Shown in pieces: positions 27,368 to 39,800 of a stretch of 64,000 nucleotides of DNA. The position numbers and the translations under genes were made by a program. Every line of letters starts with the position of its first letter. Within the stretch, counting starts at the first letter, position 1. Below the pieces are notes generated by a model, which did no database searches, was not told the DNA's origin, and saw nothing but the letters and a program-made list of their open reading frames with translations. The DNA lies in NCBI RefSeq assembly GCF_006345805.1, contig NC_042997.1, forward strand, positions 169,322,001 to 169,386,000, written 5' to 3'. This DNA is from Octopus sinensis (Eukaryota).

Positions 27368-27666
27368 ATTGCAGATGTTTGTAACCCATTTAAGAACACA
27401 TAAAACCCATTAGTTTCACTTCAACATTTAAATTTAATTTGTGTCAAAATATTTTTGTTGCTTTGAAACCACAACCTGTTTTGTCAGTGAACAGATTGTG
27501 GTTTCAAAGTGCTGAAAATATTTTGACACAAATCAAATTTAAATGTTCAAGTGAAACTAACAGTTTTTGTGTGTTCTTAAATGGGTTACAAATCTCTTCC
27601 ATGCTGCAACTGTTTTTGTTTCAGCTCATGATCTCAGACCAAGCCACTTGCTATGCAAGTACATTT

Positions 27667-27668
<2 letters not shown>
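27363..27668. mobile_element. Foldback/hairpin element (~100-bp arms, 9-nt loop, small subterminal hairpin ACTTGCTATGCAAGT), flanked by (TA)n
   Basis: 27378-27480 is complementary to 27490-27592; same family as 36593-36840. Confidence 0.7.
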
Positions 27669-27710
<42 letters not shown>

Positions 27711-29281
27711 GTTATCTAGAGATATATATATATTGCTCTAACCAAAGAGGATAATTACATATTAATTGTTTCCGTCCAACCCATGCTAGCATGGAAAACG
27801 GACGCTAAACGATGATGATGATGATGATGATGATGATGATAATTACTTATTAACTCCATGAAATAAGAACTATATACCTATTCTTTTAAAAGTTTTGAGG
27901 GTTTCAGCTGTATTGATGCACTCACATATACATTCATGTATAAGTGATCTTAATTATCATCATATTATTATTACTGGGCTCTGAGGGTCTGAATAGATTT
28001 AAATTAAAGTACGTTGCCCATGCTAGTGCCACGCAAAAAAGCACTGAATCCACTCTGCAGAGTGGTTGATGTTAGGAAGGGCATCCAGCCATAAAAACCC
28101 TGCCAAAGCAGATACAGTAGCCTAGGGCAGTTTTCTACCTAGCCTGTTCCTGTCAACTGTCCAACTCATGCATGCATGGAAGACAAACGTTAAATGATGA
28201 TGATGATGATAATGATGATGATGATGATGATACCAATCTGTAGATATGGATCTATTTTGTAATCTCAAATCCACTGCTCTCTATATCTAATGACAAAGTA
28301 AACAACTAGTCAGAAATGTCTCTACAATGCTGGATAACGAACCCTGTTTTAACTTTACAATACTGTATCTATTTAGTTGTATTGCTCTTTCTCTCAATAG
28401 TTATTTACAGTTAGGGAGACTAGGTTATTTGAGGCTTAAGTATCTTGGCTCTATGTTATGAATGGGTCTTCTTTGAACAACTTTTGCTTTAGATGTTTTC
28501 CCCATTCAAATCTTACTTCCACTGTACAAATGCCATTTTTTTTTAATCAGCTGATGTCATTAATTCTCATTATATATTCAAACCAATGTCACTATCCCTT
28601 TTCACCAGAATTTTAAATAATTCATGACATGAATTTAAAATCCGTTTCTTAAATACGACAAATTCCATCAAGTGTTCGAATGGAACAATATAAAAGTGAA
28701 AGGTTTCATCTGCGTTCTTAAAACTTTTAGTGTTTTCATTCCTTCTGGAAATTTTTTTAAATTGTGAATTACTGAGCAGATTGCATTATATATATAAATA
28801 AAGAATATTTTAAGTAATAATTTTTTCTACTATATGCACAAAGCCTGAAATTTGGGGATAGGGGGATAGCTGATTACATTGACCCCAGTACTTGACTGGT
28901 ATTTATTTCATCGACTGTGAAAAGATGAAATGCCAAGTTGACCTTGGTAGAATTTGAACTCAGAACATAAAGATAGATGAAAGCTTGCTAAACGTCATGT
29001 CTGGTATGCTAACGAATCTGCCAGTTTACCACCTTAATATGTTGAGTAATAATGGTTTCAAATTTGGCTCTCAAGGCCAGCTGGTTCAGGAGAGGGTTTA
29101 AGTTAATTACATTATTCCCAGTGCTCAACTGGTGCTTATTTTATCGACTATGAAAGGATGACAGGCAAAGCTACCCTCAGCAGAATTTGAACTCAGAATG
29201 CAAAGACGAATGAAAGCCTGCTAAGCATTTTGCCCAGTGTACTAATGATTCTGTCAGCTCACTGCTTTGATATGTTAATAT

Positions 29282-29720
29282 CATCATCATCATCATCATC
29301 ATCGTTTAACGTCTGCTTTCCATGCTAGCATGGGTTGGACGATTTGACTGAGGGCTGGCAAACCAGATGGCTGCACAAGACTCCAATCTGATCTGGCAGA
29401 GTTTCTACAGCTGAATGCCCTTCCTAACGCCAACCACTCTGAGAGTGTAGTGGGTGCTTTTATGTGCCACCGGCATGAGGGTCAGTCTGGCGGTACTTGC
29501 AACAGCCACACTCAAATGGTGCTTTTTATGTGCCACCTGCACAGGAGCCAGTCCAGCGACACTAGCAACGACCTGTCTCAAATGTTTTTTCACGTGCCAC
29601 CAGCACAAGTGCCAGTAAGGTGACGCAGGTAACGATCACACTTGAATGGTGCTTTTTACGTGCCATTGGCATGGAGGCCAGCTTGTTGCTCTGGCAACGA
29701 TCATGCTCATATGGCACTCT
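29282..29720 (-). mobile_element. SINE-like family A copy
   Basis: Homologous to 1890-2452 and 59660-60069. Confidence 0.75.
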
Positions 29721-30240
29721 TAGTATATGGTACTCTTATTACTTAATATGCTAAGTAATAATAAAAAAATATTTATTCAACTTCTGACGGCTTACTTCCT
29801 TTAACTATTTATCTATCTATATAGCCATCTGTATAAGTGTATGTGTGTGAGTGTGTGTGTGTGTGTGTGTATCCATATACAAATGATTCTCTAAATGATC
29901 GAATTGAATAATAAACAGTTTTACTTAAGAAAATTCAACTTGCATTCTGAGCTAAAATTTGATCAATGAGCTATGAGCAGACTATGTACATGTATTAGGG
30001 AAGAGGAGCCCATTCGCTTCATGAGTTAAAATGCGAAGAACAAACCACAAGTAGGCTATGCATACATATAAGTAGCTAAGAGAGAGCATACACAAATAGT
30101 GCATTAGTGTGCATATATGCATTACATGTTAGCTTGCAAATTTTCATATATTACATAAAAAATAATATTTTGCTAGGAACATATTCATCAATCAATAGGA
30201 GCAAGACGAAGGGAAAAGCATGCATACACACACACACATA

Positions 30241-30281
<41 letters not shown>

Positions 30282-30531
30282 TTATGCATATATGTTTTTG
30301 TATATTGACAAATGGACAAATGAAACATCATTTTATGCCTTTATGTGGAGTTTGGGTGTGGCTTGGAACGGACTACCCCTATTTATATATATTTCAATTA
30401 CTCATGTCACAAGCAATTTGGTTAATGAACAGGGCTACACACATGTATGCACACACACACATGCACACACACACATGCACACACACACATGCACACACAC
30501 ACATGCACACACACACACATATAATATATAT

Positions 30532-30612
<81 letters not shown>

Positions 30613-31699
30613 TATATACATATAGAATATATATATGTATACACACATTCACACACATACTCACATACACACACACACACACATACACACATGCTCCCAC
30701 ACACACATCTCACCAACTGGTCATCTAAATAGGCAAAGAAACTGTGCCTATCAAGGGTAAAAAGCAACATTAATAATTAAATATATGTAATGATTTTTCA
30801 ATTCGGTTTGAAAATGTTAATCTAATGCATGGAATTTAGTGTTAATTCATGGAACTCAATGTATAGAATCTAGTGATGCAGTACAGTTGGCTATCATTAA
30901 TCTGACAACCAGTAATCCTGTTCCACTGCTAATTTGGACATAATTTCCAGTTCGGCACACTAACTGCCACAACTGTTTTAGTGGCATTGATTGCAGCATC
31001 AATTTTTGGTTCGTAATTGTATACAGCAGCAAGTTATTCCTACTTGCTTTTCTGCATTTACTATTATAACCTGCTCCTATTTAGCCTCGGCCAACATTGC
31101 AATGCCTGAAGGTGTAATGTGCAAACAGCATACATTGTTCATAACAGGTGATAATCTTTTACTTGTTTCAGGCATTAGACTGTGGCCATGCTGGGACACC
31201 TCCTTGAAGGGTTTTAGTTGAACAAATCAACCCCAGTAATTGTTTTCTTTCTAAAGTCTGGTACTTGTTCTATTGGTTTCCTTTGCCAAACTGCTAAGTC
31301 ATGGGGACATAAATAAACCAACACCAGTCATCAAGTGGCGTAAGTGGGGTGGGGTGGGAAGACAAGCACAAACACAAAGACTCTCTCTCACACATACACA
31401 TACATATATACTTAAATACAGTGGGATTACACACAGTTTCCATGAGCCCCAGGTTGTGGTAGAAAACACTTGCCCAACATATTGTGCAACCATGGAATTC
31501 AATTGCAAGGTGAGTTTCTTAACCACACTGCCATGTCTGCTCTTTAACAGATATTCCATTGTCTTTCTGGTATGAATTAGTTTGCTAAATTGGATTTTAA
31601 GCTGGCATGTCATCTGCTAGAATTATGTTTAGAAGCAAGAGATGTTATAGTAAATACAACATGAGTTGGTGCAGAGAGATGAGTCTCTGGTGGAGAATG

Positions 31700-33900
31700 A
31701 AAAACAGTTGAACACATTGGAAATGTTAGTGATATTATGATTCCTAATAAAGATGCTGTATGTGTTAGTGCTAAAATTGTTGAAAGTCTAAATATCAAAT
31801 CAGAAAAGATCTTTTAAAAGATTGGAAATATTAGGCACAATGATCAATTGAGTTAAATCTGTTAGAGACTGATGAATTGTCTTCTTTGGGATATTGACTG
31901 ATAATGGAGGACACAACACCAATTTGGCATTTTGCTGCAAGAATTATTGATGTAAAACCACAAAAGGATATAAATCAATTACAAATTTGATTTATCAATA
32001 TCCGTGGGAGATATATTGATCATTATTCAGACCATATCTCATCAACTGCATCACTTTATTAACATGGTTGAGTTCAATATCAAAACAAATTTGATCCTAT
32101 AAAGCTGATGTTAGTATCAAAGCCAGTAATCCAGATTTATAATGTCATAGAAGTTACAAGTAAAAAGGCTATATCAGGGTTCTTTTACTAAAGATAATTC
32201 TATGCTATATTTGTCAAGAACAAGACTCAAATTCTAAAAGAGAAACCATCACAATTGTATGAACTCAAAAAGCCCAGCCTTTCCAGCTTGGCTGAAAACT
32301 TGAAATAGTTTCATCTCATAGGCTACAAGAATTAATTTCCTTGGGAAAGTTATGCTTTACTGAAAGTAATGGTTACATGTATTTTAAAATAGGCCTTATA
32401 AACGACAGCATTTGATAATGAATTATATGTTTATGTAAATGGATTTCAAATATCATATGCTGAATTAAAATTAAAATTGTTTCAGTAATGTTAGTTTGGA
32501 TGAATGCTATCATGATGATGATGATATCTTTCCATGTATCTTCTAGAGCTAGATGTTACAAAATGTGAAAACATAGAGTTGAAGACTTCTAATGATAACA
32601 TTTTATATGTTATGTTAAAAAGATTGCATCGTAATAACTGGAAAACTCATTCCATTATTGAGAAGCCATTGAAGTCACTGAAAAGAATATTAACAGTTGA
32701 ATATAGTGCTTTATTTAATGGAAAGTTAATTGTTCCAACTTGTCTGAGATCAGTAATGATAAAATTTGTGTAGGATGATGATATACATTATGATTCAACA
32801 GCAACAAGAAATCAGTTGAGATTAGATGCTCGATGGCCTGGTTGATGTGTATATGTGAAACAATGTTTAAGATATCCAACATGTGCTAGAGTAAAACTGG
32901 AATTATCTCTTACTGTACACATATGGTCTAAAAATATTAAATCATGTTTTAGGTGTGCATATGGATCTCATTTATTTTAAGAATTTAGAACTATTCTTGT
33001 TATTTGATGATGTATACTATGGGGAACCAGAAATAATGAGATTCAATAATTAAGACATAGAAGCAGTATGATGGGTAAGAATTGGGATTTCCAGAAACAA
33101 TATTCCAGAAATATTAGGATTTGACAATGCCAGTTAATTTTGTGATAATGACTTGTATACATGTATTGATAAGATTAGGCATTGACTGAAGAAAATGTCT
33201 TCATGCTATCCAGAATCAAATGGAAATACTGAAAGAATGGTTACAAGTGTTAAAATGGATTTATAAGTTGATATTCAACAATAAATTTTTTATTAAGGCT
33301 TTTTGGATTTGGTTTGCAAGATTCTTTATATGAATATGAGTTCGTGTGTTGAAGCATATTCTGTTGTGTCTGGGGAGAGTCATTTTCTTTTTGTGCCTTA
33401 TTATTTAACACACTCACCGGTAAAATTTCCACTTTTTCTTATTTTTATTTTCCTAAAATTTTCATTGCAACCTTTTCAATAGTCTTGATTCTCTTGAGAG
33501 TCAAGACTATTGAAAGTCTTGCAACCTTTTCAATAGTCTTGAGAGTCAAGACTATTGAAAAGGTTGCAAGATGCAACGAAAATTTTAGGAAAATAAAAAT
33601 AAGAAAAAAGTGGAAATTTTACCGGTGAGTGTATTAATAATAAGGCACAAAAAGAAAATGACTCTCCCCAGACACAATAGAATAAGGCTTTTGAGTTATC
33701 TATCAAACAATCTCTAATCCAGCAAAACTTCTAAGTCCATCTGCTTTGACAAATATGGTCACAAGTAACAAGATCTTATGAACTGCAGTGTTATTATGGA
33801 ACTGATATGAGAGGAATAATGAACTACACCAGACTAGTTGGAAACAACACAGCTGCAATTCATAAGGGTAAATGGAGCATACTAATTTATGCAGAGAAAA
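31700..33900 (+). mobile_element. Decayed Ty3/Gypsy pol (RT C-terminus, RNase H, integrase)
   Basis: LFNGKLIVPTCLRSVM...RWPG (H2C2 zone); VHMDL..FDD...IPEILGFDNA..FC...SSCYPESNGNTERMVTSVK (rve core, 32950-33255); F..IK.ML.SKPVIQIY connection domain; many stops. Confidence 0.75.
33359..33682. mobile_element. Foldback MITE with 105-bp TIRs, TA flanks and a duplicated internal hairpin
   Basis: 33359-33463 is nearly perfectly complementary to 33578-33682; interior has TTGCAACCTTTTCAATAGTCTTGA twice, each followed by an inverted TCAAGACTATTGAAA. Confidence 0.8.
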
Positions 33901-35828
33901 TAAATAATGAACAAATATTGATAGTGAACAACATGCGGATTCAGTCCCTTAAGCATTTAATGATGTTCCAGACTTTATTAATAAAAATTGTGATTGACAA
34001 CTGATATAGGAACAAACATTACAAATGATGTTAGATACATTTCTTGAATAATGAAAGGAATTAAATCAATTCATTTTCAAGAGATGTGGCGTCATTGTTA
34101 TGCTAATATTATTCTAGCATTGCATGTATTTTTATAGTGATTAATGATCTACATTTAAGGTGACCACCAGTTCAGTATCAGACTTTGGCTATTTAGCTGA
34201 ATGAAACTTCTGAATGTAGAAGACTGAGAACAAATATGGCTTTGATAAATTTTGTACAACATGATACTTTTATTTCTCTAGATGCACACACACATGCACA
34301 CGCACACGCACACGCACACACACACACACACACATACACACACATTAAATTTATTTGGTTGAAACCTATTTCTTTACTACCCACAAGGGGCTAAACACAG
34401 AGAGGACAAACAAGGACAGACAAACGGATTAAGTCGATTATATCGACCCCAGTGCATAACTGGTACTTATTTAATCGACTCCAAAAGGATGAACGGCAAA
34501 GTTGACCTCAGCGGAATTTGAACTCAGAACGTAGCGGCAGACGAAATACTGCTAAGCATTTCATCTGGGGTGCTAACGATTCTGCCAGCTCACCGCCTTT
34601 TGCACTGCTACTCTGAGTTTTCCCATGCTATATGTTTCATTCTGATTGTAAAATATGCTGAAAATAATGACATTCTGTTGAAATTCAAGATGATGTTGGA
34701 ACATGGTCATCTCATTGGTTGATCCAGGTTATGTAGGGACTGCACATACATTGAGGTATGAGTCAGCATAAAATTGTGTAGAATAGGAAGTTTAGGGGGG
34801 AGGTAATACAGAATTAAAAATAAAACAGCTTGTGGGAAGTAATTGAAGTTGAAAATAGAAATTATTAATACAGGAAATGATTAAACGGTATTAACTTAAT
34901 TATAACCAAGAAAAATGAAATTTATTGAAATTAAAGGTTGAAATTATTAAAAGGAATAGCAGAAATACTACTTGAAACTTAACACCTAATTTTAATTCTG
35001 TAATCTATAATCTTAATTATTCCACTTTGATTAGCTTTATCATGTATTGATTTGTTCTGATTGATCTTGTAATATTAAATCAACCCCATTTCATTATTTC
35101 CTTTACAATATTTTTATACATTGATTTGAATAAGCATAAGGAAAAGCTGTTTGTTAACAATTTACTTTATTAATGCCAATTGTCTAACTTAAGTTTGCTT
35201 CTTCTCGAGCCATGCCTGGCTCATAAGTGCTGTTTTCCCGGTTTCTTGGCATATAGGATCCCCACCTGGACGGGACGCCAGTCCGTCGCAGGTGAGCTGC
35301 AAGATGCAGGAGGAAAGAGTGAGAGAAAGTTGTGGCGAAAGAGTCAGCAGATGTTTTACCATTACCTTCTACCGGAGCCGCGTGGAGCTTAGGTGTTTTG
35401 CTCATAAGCACACACATCACCCGGTCTGAGATTCAAACCTGCGATCCCTTGACCGCGAGTCTGCTGCTTGAACCACTAGGCCATGTGCCTCCACTGCCTA
35501 ACTTAAGTACTTACTCATGATCCACATCCTATAAATATATATGTAAAAGCCTTGTGAAAGGATTGGGTAAATAGAAACTGAAAGAAGCCCATCATGTGTG
35601 TGTGTATGTGTGTGTGTGTGCATGTGTGTGTGTGTGTATGTGTGTACAAATTCTTTTATTTGTTTCAGTCAGTTGACAGCAGCCATGCTGGAGCACTGCC
35701 TGGAAGGATTTTTTTCATTGAACAAATCAACCTCAGTTGTCAAGCAGTGAAGATGACGATAAATAGATGTACAAAACATGTACACACAGACACACAGGCA
35801 CACCACCACACACAGAAATTCATTTTGG

Positions 35829-35984
35829 CACTTTGTGTGGTAAGTAGCTTGCTAACCAACCACATGGTTCCGGGTTCAGTCCCACTGCGTGGCATCTTGG
35901 GCAAGTGTCTTCTGCTATAGCCCCGGGCTGACCAATGCCTTGTGAGTGGATTTGGTAGACGGAAACTGAAAGAAGCCTGTCGTA

Positions 35985-36022
<38 letters not shown>

Positions 36023-36231
36023 TGTGTGTGTTTGTGTGTCTGTGTTTGTCCCCCTAGCATTGCTTGACAACCGATGCTGATGTGTTTACATCCCCGTCAC
36101 TTAGCGGTTCAGCAAAAGAGACCGATAGTATAAGTACTGGGCTTACAAAGAATAAGTCCCGGGGTCGATTTGCTCGACTAAAGGCAGTGCTCCAGCATGG
36201 CTGCAGTCAAATGACTGAAACAAAGAAAAGA

Positions 36232-36232
<1 letters not shown>
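35829..36232 (+). mobile_element. SINE family B, intact copy (others at 43839-44230, 50658-51044, 56364-56570, 62147-62490, inverted 31180-31515)
   Basis: tRNA-like head GTGTGGTAAG...GGTTCAGTCCC, central TA/TG microsatellite, tail GCAGTCAAATGACTGAAACAAG. Confidence 0.8.
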
Positions 36233-36262
<30 letters not shown>

Positions 36263-36537
36263 TAGATAGATAGATAGATAGATACATGTACACACACAAC
36301 AGACATCTTTCAGTTTCCATCAACTAAATCCATCCACAAGGCTTTTGATGACCAAGAGCATTAGTAGAAGACACTTGATCATGGTGCTATGCAGTGGGAT
36401 TGAATCCAAAACCATATGGTTGGAAAGCAAACTCCTTACCAGATGGCTATGCCTGCACCTATACGTATATAGACATACACACACACACACATACATACAT
36501 GCATATACATATACACACACGCACACATACCTATATG

Positions 36538-36592
<55 letters not shown>

Positions 36593-36596
<4 letters not shown>

Positions 36597-36840
36597 AATT
36601 GCAGTGTGGAAGGTGTTTATAAGCCATTTAAGAAACACACAAAATCTGTTAGATTCACTTCAACATTTAAATTTAATTTGTCAAAATATTTTGACAAATT
36701 AAATTTAAATGTTGGGGTGAATCTAACAGATTTTGTGTGTTTCTTAAATGGCTTATAAATACCGTCCACGCTGCAATTGTTTTTGCTCCAGCATATGATC
36801 TCAGATCAGGTCATTTGCTATGCAAGTACATCTCCATGAG
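36593..36840. mobile_element. Near-perfect 190-bp palindrome (95-bp arms, no loop) plus tail; deletion derivative of the 27363 family
   Basis: Centre CAAAAT|ATTTTG at 36687/36688; arms 36593-36687 and 36688-36782; tail ATGATCTCAGATCAGGTCATTTGCTATGCAAGTACA shared with 27625-27662. Confidence 0.8.
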
Positions 36841-36850
36841 TATATATATA

Positions 36851-39800
36851 ATAGTTATTGCCATACTAATATGGCATTCTTATAAAAATAAGAATAAAGC
36901 TGTCCGCTTATTAGCTCCATGAGGCCATCGCCTTAAGTTAGCTATTTGATACACAAACTGTATCCATATAACCTTCGAACAAGGGAGGTCAGTCGCTCCA
37001 CACTACTTGACCGGCAGCTACAGACACGTTTCGGGGTATTGCCCCTTTTCAATGCAGCGTAGCCAGACCAGTAGGTGTCGCATCCGACAATCTCTGTTCG
37101 AAGGTTTTATTTACCTAGCTTCGGTGGAATACATCCACTTGTTTTCAATAATAGAAATATTAAAATTACTAAGTCTCTCTAAAAGAGAACAACGGCAGCG
37201 TTCCCGGAAAATAATAGTTATCGCCATACTAATATGGCATTCTTATAAAAATAAGAATAAAGCTGTCCGCTTATTAGCTCCATGAGGCCATCGCCTTAAG
37301 TTAGCTATTTGATACACAAACTGTATCGATATAACCTTCGAACAAGGGAGGTCAGTCGCTCCACACTACTTGACCGGCAGCTACAGACGCGTTTCGGGGT
37401 ATTGCCCCTTTTCAATGCGGAAGCGACACCTACTGGTCTGGCTAAGCTGCATTGAAAAGGGGCAATACCCCGAAACGCGTCTGTAGCTGCCGGTCAAGTA
37501 GTGTGGAGCGACTGACCTCCCTTGTTCGAAGGTTATATCAATACAGTTTGTGTATCAAATAGCTAACTTAAGGCGATGGCCTCATGGAGCTAATAAGCGG
37601 ACAGCTTTATTCTTATTTTTATAAGAATGCCATATTAGTATGGCGATAACTATTATTTTCCGGGAACGCTGCCGTTGTTCTCTTTTAGAGAGACTTAGTA
37701 ATTTTAATATTTCTATTATTGAAAACAAGTGGATGTATTCCACCGAAGCTAGGTAAATAAAACCTTCGAACAGAGATTGTCAGAAGCGACACCTACTGGT
37801 CTGGCTACGCTGCATTGAAAAGGGGCAATACCCCGAAACGCGTCTGTAGCTGCCGGTCAAGTAGTGTGGAGCGACTGACCTCCCTTGTTCGAAGGTTATA
37901 TCGATACAGTTTGTGTATCAAATAGCTAACTTAAGGCGATGGCCTCATGGAGCTAATATGCGGACATCTTTATTCTTATTTTTATAAGAATGCCATATTA
38001 GTATGGCGATAACTATTATTTTCCGGGAACGCTGCCGTTGTTCTCTTTTAGAGAGACTTAGCAATTTTAATATTTCTATTATTGAAAACAAGTGGATGTA
38101 TTCCACCGAAGCTAGGTAAATAAAACCTTCGAACAGAGATTGTCAGAAGCGACACCTACTGGTCTGGCTACGCTGCATTGAAAAGGGGCAATACCCCGAA
38201 ACGCGTCTGTAGCTGCCGGTCAAGTAGTGTGGAGCGACTGACCTCCCTTGTTCGAAGGTTATATCGATACAGTTTGTGTATCAAATAGCTAACTTAAGGC
38301 GATGGCCTCATGGAGCTAATAAGCGAACAGCTTTATTCTTATTTTTATAAGAATGCCATATTAGTATGGCGATAACTATTATTTTCCGGGAACGCTGCCG
38401 TTGTTCTCTTTTAGAGAGACTTAGTAATTTTAATATTTCTATTATTGAAAACAAGTGGATGTATTCCACCGAAGCTAGGTAAATAAAACCTTCGAACAGA
38501 GATTGTCGGATGCGACACCTACTGGTCTGGCTACGCTGCATTGAAAAGGGGCAATACCCCGAAACGCGTCTGTAGCTGCCAGTCAAGTAGTGTGGAGCAA
38601 CTGACCTCCCTTGTTCGAAGGTTATATCGATACAGTTTGTGTATCAAATAGCTAACTTAAGGCGATGGCCTCATGGAGCTAATAAGCGGACAGCATTCTT
38701 CTTATTTTTATAAGAATGCCATATTAGTATGGCGATAACTATTATTTTCCGGGAACGCTGCTGTTGTTCTCTTTTAGAGAGACTTAGTAATTTTAATATT
38801 TCTATTATTGAAAACAAGTGGATGTATTCCACCGAAGCTAGGTAAATAAAACCTTCGAACAGAGATTGTCGGAAGCGACACCTACTGGTCTGGCTACGCT
38901 GCATTGAAAAGGGGCAATACCCCGAAACGCATCTGTAGCTGCCGGTCAAGTAGTGTGGAGCGACTGACCTCCCTTGTTCGAAGGTTATATCGATACAGTT
39001 TGTGTATCAAATAGCTAACTTAAGGCGATGGCCTCATGGAGCTAATAAGCCGACAGCTTTATTCTTATTTTTATAAGAATGCCATATTAGTATGGCGATA
39101 ACTATTATTTTCCGGGAACGCTGCTGTTGTTCTCTTTTAGAGAGACTTAGTAATTTTAATATTTCTATTATTGAAAACAAGTGGATGTATTCCACCGAAG
39201 CTAGGTAAATAAAACCTTCGAACAGAGATTGTCAGAAGCGACACCTACTGGTCTGGCTACGCTGCATTGAAAAGGGGCAATACCCCGAAACGCGTCTGTA
39301 GCTGCCGGTCAAGTAGTGTGGAGCGACTGACCTCCCTTGTTCGAAGGTTATATCGATACAGTTTGTGTATCAAATAGCTAACTTAAGGCGATGGCCTCAT
39401 GGAGCTAATAAGCGAACAGCTTTATTCTTATTTTTATAAGAATGCCATATTAGTATGGCGATAACTATTATTTTCCGGGAACGCTGCCGTTGTTCTCTTT
39501 TAGAGAGACTTAGTAATTTTAATATTTCTATTATTGAAAACAAGTGGATGTATTCCACCGAAGCTAGGTAAATAAAACCTTCGAACAGAGATTGTCGGAA
39601 GCGACACCTACTGGTCTGGCTACGCTGCATTGAAAAGGGGCAATACCCCGAAACGCGTCTGTAGCTGCCGGTCAAGTAGTGTGGAGCGACTGACCTCCCT
39701 TGTTCGAAGGTTATATCGATACAGTTTGTGTATCAAATAGCTAACTTAAGGCGATGGCCTCATGGAGCTAATAAGCGGACAGCTTTATTCTTATTTTTAT

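Noticed and set aside
27620-27645. CTGAGA...GAAAC on the minus strand of the foldback tail as another hammerhead
   Set aside because: Core spacing and stems do not fit, and the second family copy does not conserve it
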